Shown here: positions 39,455-49,695 of the stretch, in pieces | Numbering within the stretch: the stretch's first letter is position 1 | Layout: each line of letters starts with the position of its first letter | From: a virus | Virus record (IMG/VR): IMGVR_UViG_3300021185_002806 | Length of the DNA stretch: 64,000 nucleotides | Strand: one strand, 5' to 3' | Made by a program: the position numbers and the translations under genes | The notes under the pieces: generated by a model | Told to the model about the DNA's origin: nothing | The model's input: the letters and a program-made list of their open reading frames with translations, nothing else | The model's database searches: none

Positions 39455-40465
39455 CTATTTTTTACCCTTACCTTTCTTTTTGTCATCCTTTTTCCATTCA
39501 CCTAACATGCCACTATCTTCAATATGTTCTAGTCTTTTATTCCATAAGACCTCTTCGCCATTATCGACTATCTTATCAATATTATCGATGTAACTTGTCA
39601 TGTAATGGTCAGGAAGTTCTTTACCTACTTCCCAGAATGAAAAATCTTCTCTTGCCGCAAATAACCAGAAACTATTCACACCAAAGTTTAAACTATCTGG
39701 TTCTTCTAAATGACAATACTTACCATTGTCTAGCAATTTAATTAATGTACCACTGTGTGCGTATCTATGCCTGTGTGTACCTGTCGGTGGCACCAATGCA
39801 ACTATATCTGTCTCGTTAACAACACGGGTAAGTTTAATCTTACCTCTCATTGCTCTAGTACCGTGTGAATCTGTTACTTTAGGCTGACCATATGTGATAC
39901 ATTCTGCAACTTTAAATCCTGCATAATCTAAATACCAACTTACGATTACTGCTTCTGCACCACCTAAACTATGACCTGTAACTGTTATATCCCATGTCTT
40001 ATCTAATCTGCCCATGATATCATCTGCTATCATTTCAGCAGTTCTATGAAACCCAGTGTGCAGTTCGATGCCTAATCTAAAACTTTTATCTTTGAAAAAC
40101 TTTATATCTTGCATTGCATTGTGAGAATTCTTAGTTCCCCTAATTGATACATAATATGATTGTCTATGAGTATCAGTGATTACACAATACTTGATATCAT
40201 TTATTTCATTTATATAAATTTTCTTATCAAGATTTTTATACTTTTTTTGAATACTAGCATTGTCTTTATAGATATAGCTGGCTAGTTCTCCATACCATTT
40301 GATTTTAGTCCAGTCAATTTCTTTCTTGTTTACACAAGTTTCTTTGAATTTATTTTCTAAATCGTATTTTTTTACAAGGTACTTTCTAACTCTTTTTGCT
40401 AGTCTGGCTAGGAGCCAACCCTGAATAACCCATTTTATAAAATAGTTTACTAAAAAAATCATCAT
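39455..40465 (-). CDS. class 3 lipase
   Basis: SIRGT, HTGF, TGHSLGGA, TYGQP, DIV, DH. Confidence 0.92.
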   Translation of the reverse strand: MMIFLVNYFIKWVIQGWLLARLAKRVRKYLVKKYDLENKFKETCVNKKEIDWTKIKWYGELASYIYKDNASIQKKYKNLDKKIYINEINDIKYCVITDTHRQSYYVSIRGTKNSHNAMQDIKFFKDKSFRLGIELHTGFHRTAEMIADDIMGRLDKTWDITVTGHSLGGAEAVIVSWYLDYAGFKVAECITYGQPKVTDSHGTRAMRGKIKLTRVVNETDIVALVPPTGTHRHRYAHSGTLIKLLDNGKYCHLEEPDSLNFGVNSFWLFAAREDFSFWEVGKELPDHYMTSYIDNIDKIVDNGEEVLWNKRLEHIEDSGMLGEWKKDDKKKGKGKK

Positions 40466-40515
40466 AGTTTCTCCCTTCTTTATTAGATAACTACGACTAT
40501 TTATCAGTATTTCTC

Positions 40516-41973
40516 TTATTCTGTTTTGTATGTGTTTGTAGGTATATGAAACCAGTGAGGTTTCTTTGGATAATCGTTCATAATTTTAGCAAGTTCAGGG
40601 AACACCTCTTGAAAGTTCTCACCTCGAACATTGTCTAAATCATTAGTATATTCCCAGAATTTCCACACCCTATGAGACCAATCCTCTTGATTGATGAATT
40701 CTACCCATCTATCAACAAATTTAATCACAGCCTCTTTAATATCTTCTGGTTTTCGCTTACCTGAATACTCATCAATACTATCACACCATTCTATCATCTT
40801 ATCACGCCATTCGTAGTATTTCTGTGTTACATACTTCTTGGCACTTAGAGGCATCGTTTTAACACATAGAAAATCAGGACCGTGTAATGGATGGGCACAG
40901 AAGTTCTCGTCATGCCATTGCCATAGATAATCAAAATCGTACTTACCTGCTTTCACTTTCCACTCAATGAAGTCAAGTATATGTAGTACATTATATGTAC
41001 TAATTGTGATAGAATCATTTAGCTTAACATTATGATTGTTCTTTGCGAATTCTTCTACTCTGTTTATGTTTCTAAGAATGTGGTTCCATTTGACTGGATG
41101 CCTCATATATTCTAATTCTGGGCCCATACCATCGATACTAAAACCAATCATTAATGATTTAAAATGTGACCAATATCCCATAACTTTTTCAGGTATGTTT
41201 GTCAAGTTAGTATCATACTGTAATGTAATATGACTCGCATCACCACTTTCTACGCATTCTTCTAAAAACTTGAAGTGTCTATGTATCATCATTGGTTCAC
41301 CACCAATCAAATATAGATGTTCAATTTCTCCCTTGATAGCAGACATTTGTTCCCAAAATTCATCTGACTCTGCCCATGCAAATGGATTAGGAGTAATATT
41401 ATATTGTTTGCCTTTAACATGTTCAATATTGATAGAGAAAGGATCCTTGCCGCCTCGTACTTTAATATTAGCTTTATCACCTAATCTCATCATTTTCATG
41501 TAATCAGGTATCCAAGCCGAACTAACTAGTGGATTACAAATTCTACATTTAAGATTACATAGATTACCTAACTGAATATCATAATAAAAAGGCTTATGGT
41601 CTACTGGTATTTCACCAGTTTCTTTATTAGTAATTTTCTCTGCTTCAACTTGTGTGAAGTCTTTCCATCTGTCGCCGTATAATTGTCTCATACTACGCAT
41701 ACCAGATGATTCTTCATTTTTACATCTTGTACAATTAGTATGCCATTTGCCTTGTAGCATATCTAATCTTAATTCTTTACTTGTATCAGAATTCATAGCA
41801 CCGTTGATGCCATCTTTTGCAACAGTATGTACTTTGCCGTCAGTAAGCAATCTGCCTCCAACTTCTCCATGGTTCATAACACAACATCCTTTGAATGTCC
41901 CGTCAGTTATTACATGTACATCATGCCATGGCGCAATGCAAAACGTTTTAGAATTTAAATCCGTCTTCATCAA
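40516..41973 (-). CDS. radical SAM protein with N-terminal twitch/SPASM-like domain
   Basis: CIAPW...CC, CTRC, CNLKCRIC, GGEP, SIDG. Confidence 0.92.
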   Translation of the reverse strand: MMKTDLNSKTFCIAPWHDVHVITDGTFKGCCVMNHGEVGGRLLTDGKVHTVAKDGINGAMNSDTSKELRLDMLQGKWHTNCTRCKNEESSGMRSMRQLYGDRWKDFTQVEAEKITNKETGEIPVDHKPFYYDIQLGNLCNLKCRICNPLVSSAWIPDYMKMMRLGDKANIKVRGGKDPFSINIEHVKGKQYNITPNPFAWAESDEFWEQMSAIKGEIEHLYLIGGEPMMIHRHFKFLEECVESGDASHITLQYDTNLTNIPEKVMGYWSHFKSLMIGFSIDGMGPELEYMRHPVKWNHILRNINRVEEFAKNNHNVKLNDSITISTYNVLHILDFIEWKVKAGKYDFDYLWQWHDENFCAHPLHGPDFLCVKTMPLSAKKYVTQKYYEWRDKMIEWCDSIDEYSGKRKPEDIKEAVIKFVDRWVEFINQEDWSHRVWKFWEYTNDLDNVRGENFQEVFPELAKIMNDYPKKPHWFHIPTNTYKTE

Positions 41974-42397
41974 TTTCTTCTTTATGGTTCTTTATAAAAT
42001 CTTCCTTGTATTTAGGGTGTTCCATATAGTACTGAGGACCTCTGCCTCCCCTATGTGCCAATCTAACACTACCAGGAAACCCTTCACAATCGCCTGTATG
42101 TCTTGGCATAAAATGTACATGAGGCCACATTACAGATTGTCCTGCCGATACTCTCATATTCATGCCAAAATTATATCCGTCAATTTTTCCTTCAGCAATC
42201 AACTTTTCACCATATTGTACAGTTGCCTGCAAGGCTATCGTAATAAATTTTGTGTTATTTTCTTTAGGAACAAATAATAGATGACCATCACATACTGGCC
42301 ACTTGTCTTCAAACGCTTTATAATATTCTGTTTCTTCTATTACGTTTTGTTTATTCTTTTCAAATGGGGTGTCTTCAAATTTTTCTATCATGCCCAT
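41948..42397 (-). CDS. HIT-family hydrolase
   Basis: GHLLFVPK, AGQSV.WPHVHFMPR. Confidence 0.9.
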   Translation of the reverse strand: MGMIEKFEDTPFEKNKQNVIEETEYYKAFEDKWPVCDGHLLFVPKENNTKFITIALQATVQYGEKLIAEGKIDGYNFGMNMRVSAGQSVMWPHVHFMPRHTGDCEGFPGSVRLAHRGGRGPQYYMEHPKYKEDFIKNHKEEIDEDGFKF

Positions 42398-43101
42398 GCA
42401 TCCATTACAGGCAATAATCGATTTACAACTTCTGCCGCTTTTGTCGAACTATCGTCAACAAATTCATTAAAATCAAAATGCGAATCATTTCCTGCAAGGT
42501 CACTTAACACTCTTACTACAACGAATGGTTTGTGCCAGTTACATGCCACTTGTGCGATTGCGGCACCTTCCATTTCTATTGCATCTGCTTTAAATTGTTT
42601 ATGAAACATATCTCTTGTTTTCGCACATGCTAGATAAGTGTCACCTGTTAAAATTCTACCAAATTTAGCGTCATCTCCTAATGCATGTTTTACTGCGTCA
42701 CGCATATCTATTGACATTTTATAAGATACATCTTCATGTTCATCTACCATCCCAGGAAAGCTACCCGGAATTGCACTGATTACTTGTCCGTTTACTACTG
42801 CACCATAATCATGTTGTATGAGTTGTTCAGCAATTAATACATCACCAATCTCATACTTAGGATTTAATCCACCTGCTACACCTGAGAACACAATACTATC
42901 GCACCCAAAATGTCCTAACAGCAAAGATGTAGTCATACTAGCATTAACTTTACCGATACCACACTCTGCCGCAATTACCTTTACACCATTCATAGACCCG
43001 AATTGAAAAATCTTATTGATAATCGTTTCAGTTCTTGGTTCGCTATCCCATTCTAATTTTGAATATTCTTCTGGGATCGCTGATATTACACCTACTGTCA
43101 T
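42388..43101 (-). CDS. mtnN: MTA/SAH nucleosidase
   Basis: GIGKVNA, SGVAGG, EMEGAA, RVLSDLA. Confidence 0.93.
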   Translation of the reverse strand: MTVGVISAIPEEYSKLEWDSEPRTETIINKIFQFGSMNGVKVIAAECGIGKVNASMTTSLLLGHFGCDSIVFSGVAGGLNPKYEIGDVLIAEQLIQHDYGAVVNGQVISAIPGSFPGMVDEHEDVSYKMSIDMRDAVKHALGDDAKFGRILTGDTYLACAKTRDMFHKQFKADAIEMEGAAIAQVACNWHKPFVVVRVLSDLAGNDSHFDFNEFVDDSSTKAAEVVNRLLPVMDAWA

Positions 43102-43111
43102 TTTTATTTCC

Positions 43112-43336
43112 TTAATTAATCCAATAAATCCATACTAGCATTGGTATTATGATTGCAAACTGTGGTAAGAAATTCAATATAATTGCTTTCTCATTCCATT
43201 TGTAACCTACATATATCCAACCACTTGCACCAATCATTTGTATGATGCTATTCCATGGTGTGATACCCGCAACGTGTAATACCATTGCAATTAATATTAA
43301 GATTGCACTTGCATATTTAATATATACTATGTTCAT
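43112..43336 (-). CDS. DUF6552-like membrane protein
   Basis: Three TM helices, GW.YVG..W.E.A..LN. Confidence 0.65.
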   Translation of the reverse strand: MNIVYIKYASAILILIAMVLHVAGITPWNSIIQMIGASGWIYVGYKWNEKAIILNFLPQFAIIIPMLVWIYWIN

Positions 43337-43364
43337 TATATCAAATACAAATCATAAAGTCAAT

Positions 43365-43775
43365 TTATAATTTGCCTTCCTTTCGCATTTCTGCTCTTAT
43401 TTTTGTAGCACTAATACTATGTATCTCTTTTCCTAAGTCATGTTCTGTGAATGTATATCCTACTCCTCTGCCATAACTAATATCTACAATATTAGGTACT
43501 CTCATTATGATATATTCATGACCGTATGTATATCCTACTTTTTCTAATTCTTTCTTAATGTTTTCTTCGACATCTGTAGCAATAAAAGGGTTATCATCTT
43601 GTACGACTGTACGACCACCACTTGCGTCTTCTTGTTGTGGAACAGTTCTAATTTGAATACATACTTGTCCTGTTTCTGCTAATGCACGTTTGAACAATTC
43701 TGTATGACCATCATGCCAAGGTTGCCATCTGCCTAGCATTTGTGTTGTTGGTTTGAACTCATTGAAAATCGTCAT
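43365..43775 (-). CDS. HxGH nucleotidyltransferase (cytidylyltransferase-like)
   Basis: GRWQPWHDGH, ISATKIR. Confidence 0.85.
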   Translation of the reverse strand: MTIFNEFKPTTQMLGRWQPWHDGHTELFKRALAETGQVCIQIRTVPQQEDASGGRTVVQDDNPFIATDVEENIKKELEKVGYTYGHEYIIMRVPNIVDISYGRGVGYTFTEHDLGKEIHSISATKIRAEMRKEGKL

Positions 43776-44253
43776 TCTCTAATCTCCATGCACTGTATCC
43801 TACAGGTGTTGTTGTTTTCTTTTTCATATATCTTTCTACAATAGGAACTAATTGAGTATGTGTATCATCGAACCATTTTGCGACATGATAATCTCTTTCA
43901 TATACACCGGGTTTTTCAAACATCTTGTTTGTGTCTTCGTATCTACCTTCTTCAATAGTATCCATCCATACTGTAAAGTCTGCACCAAATTCTTCTCTTG
44001 CTTTTTGTGTGGGGCAAACAAAGTCAGCAACCGCAATTTTGCCAGCCATAATTACTCCATCAGTAAGCAACTTCATTCTTTGTGCTTGTCTCATACGTCC
44101 TTCGGGACTAAAGTCCCACTTACTCATATCATGCCCTTCATACTTTTCTCGTACTCTATCTGCATTGACATGAACGCCTCCAAGAAGTTTTGCTAGTGGT
44201 TCTGCAAGAGTACTCTTGCCACTTCCCGGTAAACCAAATATTAAAATTTTCAT
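43759..44253 (-). CDS. adenylylsulfate kinase-like protein
   Basis: GLPGSGKST, NADRVR, FVCP, FEKP. Confidence 0.8.
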   Translation of the reverse strand: MKILIFGLPGSGKSTLAEPLAKLLGGVHVNADRVREKYEGHDMSKWDFSPEGRMRQAQRMKLLTDGVIMAGKIAVADFVCPTQKAREEFGADFTVWMDTIEEGRYEDTNKMFEKPGVYERDYHVAKWFDDTHTQLVPIVERYMKKKTTTPVGYSAWRLENDDFQ

Positions 44254-44891
44254 ATTGCCCCTTTCCGACTACTTGCTAATTTTATTATTTTATCCAATTC
44301 TGATTCTGTTTGTGAGATATATTTTTCGTTTGCGTCTTTAGATAATATCTCTAGTAATCTAATATTGTCTTCTGTTAATTCACTATCCAATAATCCTAAT
44401 TCTTTTTCTAACCATTGTAAATAATTTAACTTGTATAAGTATAACATTTCTTGGCTTGCAAAGATAGTCCTAAAATTAAAAATTATACTATCTATCTGTG
44501 ACATAAAATCAGGAGTAGTGTGTTTTCCTCTCACACGTTCTTGTTGTAATCTAATAATATTTCTATCTCTGCCTATTATTAGAAATTGAATATCAGCAAA
44601 TTTCTTAGCTATATTTATGAATTCTTTATATTGTGGAATAGTTTCTACACCATCATCAAAATATGGGCAACTGATACTTGTGATGAAATACTGACTTTGT
44701 TTCCAGTCAAAATCATTTAGTTTTAAAGGATCTTTCCAGCACTCTGCAAAGGGTTCTAAATCATGGCCTTCCCAATACTTTTCTTGCAATGCAGGCCATA
44801 CGAATATATTTTTATTTTGTCCTAGTGCTTTACTGAATAAGTGATTACCACTTCCCTGTGGCCCTGTCATTATTGTTAATAATGGTTTCAA
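44250..44891 (-). CDS. P-loop / sulfotransferase-like protein
   Basis: TGPQGSGNHLF, IIGRD. Confidence 0.55.
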   Translation of the reverse strand: MKPLLTIMTGPQGSGNHLFSKALGQNKNIFVWPALQEKYWEGHDLEPFAECWKDPLKLNDFDWKQSQYFITSISCPYFDDGVETIPQYKEFINIAKKFADIQFLIIGRDRNIIRLQQERVRGKHTTPDFMSQIDSIIFNFRTIFASQEMLYLYKLNYLQWLEKELGLLDSELTEDNIRLLEILSKDANEKYISQTESELDKIIKLASSRKGAI

Positions 44892-45106
44892 CGTTTACCC
44901 CATTTTACTATATTCCATATACGTTCATGTATATAAAATACTATAGTGTTGGCTGTTAATTGAATGATTGCAATAGAACCACTGATAGTTAAATCACGTA
45001 GTATTGCATAACTGATTAAAAATGTACAAAGAGTTCCTGTTAATCTCCAAGATACAGTTTTAACAAGACTTCTTACTCTAGTGTCCAAAATAATTCTCCA
45101 ATTCAC
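44888..45106 (-). CDS. DUF2061 membrane protein
   Basis: RSLVKTVSWR...YIHERIW. Confidence 0.85.
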   Translation of the reverse strand: MNWRIILDTRVRSLVKTVSWRLTGTLCTFLISYAILRDLTISGSIAIIQLTANTIVFYIHERIWNIVKWGKR

Positions 45107-46145
45107 CTTCTCGGTCTATGTCACTTGTAATACAATGTATACCGCCGCCCCAAAAATACCTATGACGAAAGTGGCTGATATGTTGTTCAATTCCATTTTC
45201 TTTTAACTTCTTTTTTACTTGTGGATTGTCGTTAAACACTATAACATTTGATTCGTCTATGCTTAATATGTTTGCATCAAATACATTACGACTGCAATAT
45301 TCTTGCCAGCCGTTGTCTAACCATTCATATACAAGTTCTTTTCTTTCTTGGTCAGCATCTTTATTCCACATTTTCCAACTACGACTTTGTTTATATTCTA
45401 ACCACTTATCCATTTTAGCCCAACTATCATTTAACACACTAATGACAGTCCATCCTGGAAATGTACTTGCATAACGTGGTGCTTCGTATAAACTTAATAA
45501 CACACCTGGTTTCAGTGGCCTATAACCTCCATCTTGGAATCCAAGAACATCAAAATATCTATTGTCATATTCACTTGCAAATTCATTAACAAACTTATCA
45601 AATTCTGTTGTTGGCAATGGGAAGTTTTGAAATGTTCCTAAACTATATGTGATTCTTGTACCTATCTTAGTGATGTAGCCTTCAGCATTTAACACTGTAT
45701 CGCTATGTTTAATTGAATTACCATGACTTTGTACAAAGTCTAATATATTTTGATACTGTGGTAGTTGATATGGTTTCAACCAATGTATAAATTGTTCACC
45801 CAACATCATAAACCAATCACGTGGTTCCATTGGTGGAGGCAAAAGACAATCAAAAGTAGGAAAGTCCGTTTCTCCATTTTGAAATCCATATTGTTTAAAG
45901 AATGCGTTGTTGGTTTTTCTTTTTACAAACTCTGCTTTTTCTTCTACAACAGGTCTAATTGTTTCTACATCAAACTGATGTAGCAAATTAATTAGGTGTT
46001 GATAATCTTCTTCTGTTTCTTCCGCTATGCGTTGCCATCTACTTCTTGTGCCACTGTCTTCAATAAAGTTATAAAACTCTGGAGCATAACTTTTTCCAAC
46101 AATACACTTGCGAAGTGGCTGAAACATACAATGACGTTTTAGCAT
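45078..46145 (-). CDS. amidinotransferase-family protein (copy 2)
   Basis: QPLRKCIVG, EPRD, GFQDG, GGGIHCIT. Confidence 0.82.
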   Translation of the reverse strand: MLKRHCMFQPLRKCIVGKSYAPEFYNFIEDSGTRSRWQRIAEETEEDYQHLINLLHQFDVETIRPVVEEKAEFVKRKTNNAFFKQYGFQNGETDFPTFDCLLPPPMEPRDWFMMLGEQFIHWLKPYQLPQYQNILDFVQSHGNSIKHSDTVLNAEGYITKIGTRITYSLGTFQNFPLPTTEFDKFVNEFASEYDNRYFDVLGFQDGGYRPLKPGVLLSLYEAPRYASTFPGWTVISVLNDSWAKMDKWLEYKQSRSWKMWNKDADQERKELVYEWLDNGWQEYCSRNVFDANILSIDESNVIVFNDNPQVKKKLKENGIEQHISHFRHRYFWGGGIHCITSDIDREGELENYFGH

Positions 46146-46889
46146 TTAAATCTGCCATATCGTATCACGTGACCCATTAGCGATAATTTCTCTAGTCTTT
46201 TCAGATTTTAATCCTGTAATCTGAATAGATGGTCTAGGGAAATTACTTGCGTTTGCAGTGGCATGTGGTGCGTTAGCCCAATCAAAAATATGAGCCTCAC
46301 CAGCTTTCCATCTTTCGTAGATACAATTTCCATACATATAAAATTGTCCTGGTTTCCAATCATCTAAGAAAAATGTAATACGACATACTTGTTCTGGATC
46401 ATCGATACATCTGTCCCATAGTTTATCAATATGTAAATTAAACATTTGACCTGTTAACTGCACATGGGCACGATATTTTAATTCATCTTTTCCGCCTATT
46501 ACTCCAAAGTGTTCTTTCATTTTAACAAGCATTGGATAATCTTCTAACTCATCTTTCATATTTGTAAGCATAAGTTTTTTAGGATCCCCACCACCTTGTG
46601 CAATATCATATTCTTCTTGTTTTAACATTGGGGACTCGTCTTCTCTATCTCCGTAGAATTTACGAGTTTCCCAATTAATAGCTTTTATTGATTGCTCAAC
46701 TAATCTATCTCTATCTTCTTTCCACAAATCTGGATTATCAAATCGGCCTAATACCTTAAACCATTCACCTTCTTTATCAACTTTGTTATCATCAAAATGA
46801 TATTCGCTATGTGCTACTGTCCAATCCCAATTCGATTCGAATTCAGATGGATCTTTTAAGGTCTTAGACCAATTTGTTTTGTGTATCAT
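46146..46889 (-). CDS. 2OG-Fe(II)/cupin-fold hydroxylase-like protein
   Basis: LHID...PHATAN...R: HxD..H facial triad. Confidence 0.7.
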   Translation of the reverse strand: MIHKTNWSKTLKDPSEFESNWDWTVAHSEYHFDDNKVDKEGEWFKVLGRFDNPDLWKEDRDRLVEQSIKAINWETRKFYGDREDESPMLKQEEYDIAQGGGDPKKLMLTNMKDELEDYPMLVKMKEHFGVIGGKDELKYRAHVQLTGQMFNLHIDKLWDRCIDDPEQVCRITFFLDDWKPGQFYMYGNCIYERWKAGEAHIFDWANAPHATANASNFPRPSIQITGLKSEKTREIIANGSRDTIWQI

Positions 46890-48409
46890 GTATAATCGAG
46901 TCCTTTATCTTTTCTTACAAGACTATTTATGAATATACCTAAAGCTATAAGAATACATACAAGAAAAATAGGATGATTATAAATGTTGAATAAATCAAAC
47001 CATCTAAAGTCTGACATCGAACTCAATCCTGGTTTCCAGAATTTATAACCGTACAACTGTAGTGTTCCCCAAAAATATTCATCAATTTTAAATGCTACAA
47101 CGTATGCAACTAGAATTGCTGGTCTACTAATATTAAAGTGTTTACATACTACACCAATAGCACTTAAGATAACGAGTAGAACAAAGTCTTCCCATCCACC
47201 TGTGTATTGCATATTAGCCCACGTTATGACTATCAAAATAAATGTTGCATAAATCCAGAAAGGAACTTCTAATACTTTAAGAATCCATTTGTATAAAACT
47301 ATACTTAATAATGCCACACCAATTGTTCCAAAAATATAACCAAATGCTAAACTGTTTGTAAAGTTGACATCTTCTAATAGACTTGGTCTACCAATCTCCA
47401 TACCAAAGTACATACATATTGCCATAACCATGGCCGCAAATGGTGCCGCAGGTATACCAAACAAACAAGCAGGTATCATACTAGATACTTTCTGTGCATT
47501 GTTGGCTCCTTCACAGCCTAGTAACCCTACAGGATTACCTTCACCAAATGGAATTTCTTGGTCTTTTTCTTTGTGTGCGGCTTTTGTGGCACCGTATGCT
47601 AAGAAGTCGCCTACTGCTCCTCCTACACCTGGCAATAAGCCAGTTACGAATCCAATTAGTCCACCTCTACACATATCTTTCCAATGTCTTCTACAATCAC
47701 CAAAGCCTTGTTTAAGGCCTTCCCAATAACTTCCTTCCATTGGTGGTGCCGCTGATTTTAATTGTTTCTTAAATCCATCTAATAGTTCTGGAACTCCAAA
47801 TAGTCCTGATAGTAAAACTACCATACCTATTCCATTTTGTAAATATTCCCAACCAAACGTTAGTCTAGGATTACTTACAACATCTTCTCCTACCATACCT
47901 ACACATAATCCAAAGATAATAGCACAGATACTTAAGAAAACATTTTTACTTGCCACAAAGCCTACACAGGCTAGGGCCATTGTCATGAAGCCCAGAAACT
48001 CTGGACGTCCAAATAATACAATTACTTTCCCATAATAAGGAAGTAAAAAGAAAGTCAATGCCGCAAATATAACTCCATTAAATGTAGAATCAGTTATAGC
48101 AATTCCCATTGCTCTTGCCGCCTGACCTTTTTTAGCCATAGGGTAACCATCAATAACACAGGCCGCAGTCGTACTTGCACCAGGTATACCAGTAAGAATA
48201 CTTGTATAACTATCTGCACTGGCACAACTTGCCACGATTGCAGTCAGAAAGACCAACCCCAAGTAGGGGTCGGCCATAAAATATGCACCCATGCTGAATA
48301 CAGTAATTAGTGCTGTGGTAACACCTGCGATAGGAATAATACCAATTAGCATTCCATACACGGTGCCGGCCATAGCCCACATTACATATTCCATCCACAT
48401 GAATTCCAT
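46886..48409 (-). CDS. tctA: tripartite tricarboxylate transporter large permease
   Basis: GIPG.....DGYPMA..G.A, G.LPG.G, EGANNA, FGIP; many TM helices. Confidence 0.92.
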   Translation of the reverse strand: MEFMWMEYVMWAMAGTVYGMLIGIIPIAGVTTALITVFSMGAYFMADPYLGLVFLTAIVASCASADSYTSILTGIPGASTTAACVIDGYPMAKKGQAARAMGIAITDSTFNGVIFAALTFFLLPYYGKVIVLFGRPEFLGFMTMALACVGFVASKNVFLSICAIIFGLCVGMVGEDVVSNPRLTFGWEYLQNGIGMVVLLSGLFGVPELLDGFKKQLKSAAPPMEGSYWEGLKQGFGDCRRHWKDMCRGGLIGFVTGLLPGVGGAVGDFLAYGATKAAHKEKDQEIPFGEGNPVGLLGCEGANNAQKVSSMIPACLFGIPAAPFAAMVMAICMYFGMEIGRPSLLEDVNFTNSLAFGYIFGTIGVALLSIVLYKWILKVLEVPFWIYATFILIVITWANMQYTGGWEDFVLLVILSAIGVVCKHFNISRPAILVAYVVAFKIDEYFWGTLQLYGYKFWKPGLSSMSDFRWFDLFNIYNHPIFLVCILIALGIFINSLVRKDKGLDYT

Positions 48410-48420
48410 AAGCTACTCTC

Positions 48421-49488
48421 CTATTGTTCTAGTAGCTCTGGTTTGTAGATTGATGGAAAACCATATGCTTCTTGATTCCATCTAACTGCATTTTTCAATG
48501 CGTCTTCTGTAATCAATGACTTCATAATGTCAAGCATTTTTTGTCCATCTTTACCTTCAATCCAAGGATACGTTCCAGTTTTAGCATAAATTTCTGCACT
48601 TGCTACTGGATCATTAATCATTTCGTGCAATGCGTCACGTAGGATTTGTGTATTTGGATTACCTTTGTTTACCCATAATGATTTCTGAACAACATCACGC
48701 CAGTTACGAGTAAGTCGGTATGCTTCATATAACTCACCTGATGGTCTTTCGCCCCATAACTTCTCATATACATCTTCCATTTGAGAACCTGGGAAGTTTG
48801 GATCATTCATTTGTACTTTGTTTTCTAAGTCCAAAATACCATGTGTGAACCATAGTTCTTGTTCAACGTCTGTGTAAAAACGATTCCATGCCGCTGGTGA
48901 TTCTCTTGTTACATCAAATTCACCGTTCATAAAGCCTAGACGTTTTTCTCCGCCTGCAACACCGTTAATCCAATTAACACGCTCTCTCCAACATTCTAAA
49001 TATGCATCGATTGAACCGTTTGGTTGTGGTCCACAAACAAGCATAGCAAGAGCGGCGCCATCTGGCTCATAGCCTGATCCACCAGCAATAATCCACGTGC
49101 CTGTTTTTTCATCTTTACCGTTTTGTTTACCAAGAACGATATCATTGTTCATTGAACCAATTAAGTCATATTCAAAATAATTGTAATCAACTTTATCTAA
49201 TAGAAACGATACACCGTTACCACCATGTGCAACCATGATTGTTTTGTCATCAAATCTTAGTGAGTTATGGAACTTGTTATATCCAGGAATATCTCTAGCA
49301 CCTGGAATGTGTCTAATAACAACTTTCTCTCCATCTGGTAAGAACTTTTCTAAGTTCTTAGCAATGATTTCTCCCCATACAGAAGTACCTTTACCAGGTT
49401 CCTGAGGGACAATCAATGTATAATCAGCCAATGCCGATGTTGCAAGACCAAATGTCAATGCAACTGTCATTAGTAGTTTTCTAAACAT
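48421..49488 (-). CDS. TTT periplasmic substrate-binding protein (TctC/Bug-like)
   Basis: SD aaggag, signal peptide MFRKLL...ALA, IVPQEPG.GT, PGA; adjacent to tctA. Confidence 0.8.
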   Translation of the reverse strand: MFRKLLMTVALTFGLATSALADYTLIVPQEPGKGTSVWGEIIAKNLEKFLPDGEKVVIRHIPGARDIPGYNKFHNSLRFDDKTIMVAHGGNGVSFLLDKVDYNYFEYDLIGSMNNDIVLGKQNGKDEKTGTWIIAGGSGYEPDGAALAMLVCGPQPNGSIDAYLECWRERVNWINGVAGGEKRLGFMNGEFDVTRESPAAWNRFYTDVEQELWFTHGILDLENKVQMNDPNFPGSQMEDVYEKLWGERPSGELYEAYRLTRNWRDVVQKSLWVNKGNPNTQILRDALHEMINDPVASAEIYAKTGTYPWIEGKDGQKMLDIMKSLITEDALKNAVRWNQEAYGFPSIYKPELLEQ

Positions 49489-49695
49489 ATATTTCTCCTT
49501 TGTGAGTTTAGTTTTTTTAAAGAATAGTATATGAGTAGATATTACAAAGTAATGCCCATACACCTTTCTTCAAAAGTTAAAGTTTTTTGAGGGTTAGACA
49601 TGTTCTGCAACTCTGCAATACATGTTGAAATACGGTTCCGTATTACTTTTATTTATCATAATTATATGCTAATATAATTCTAAAGGCTATTTTTT

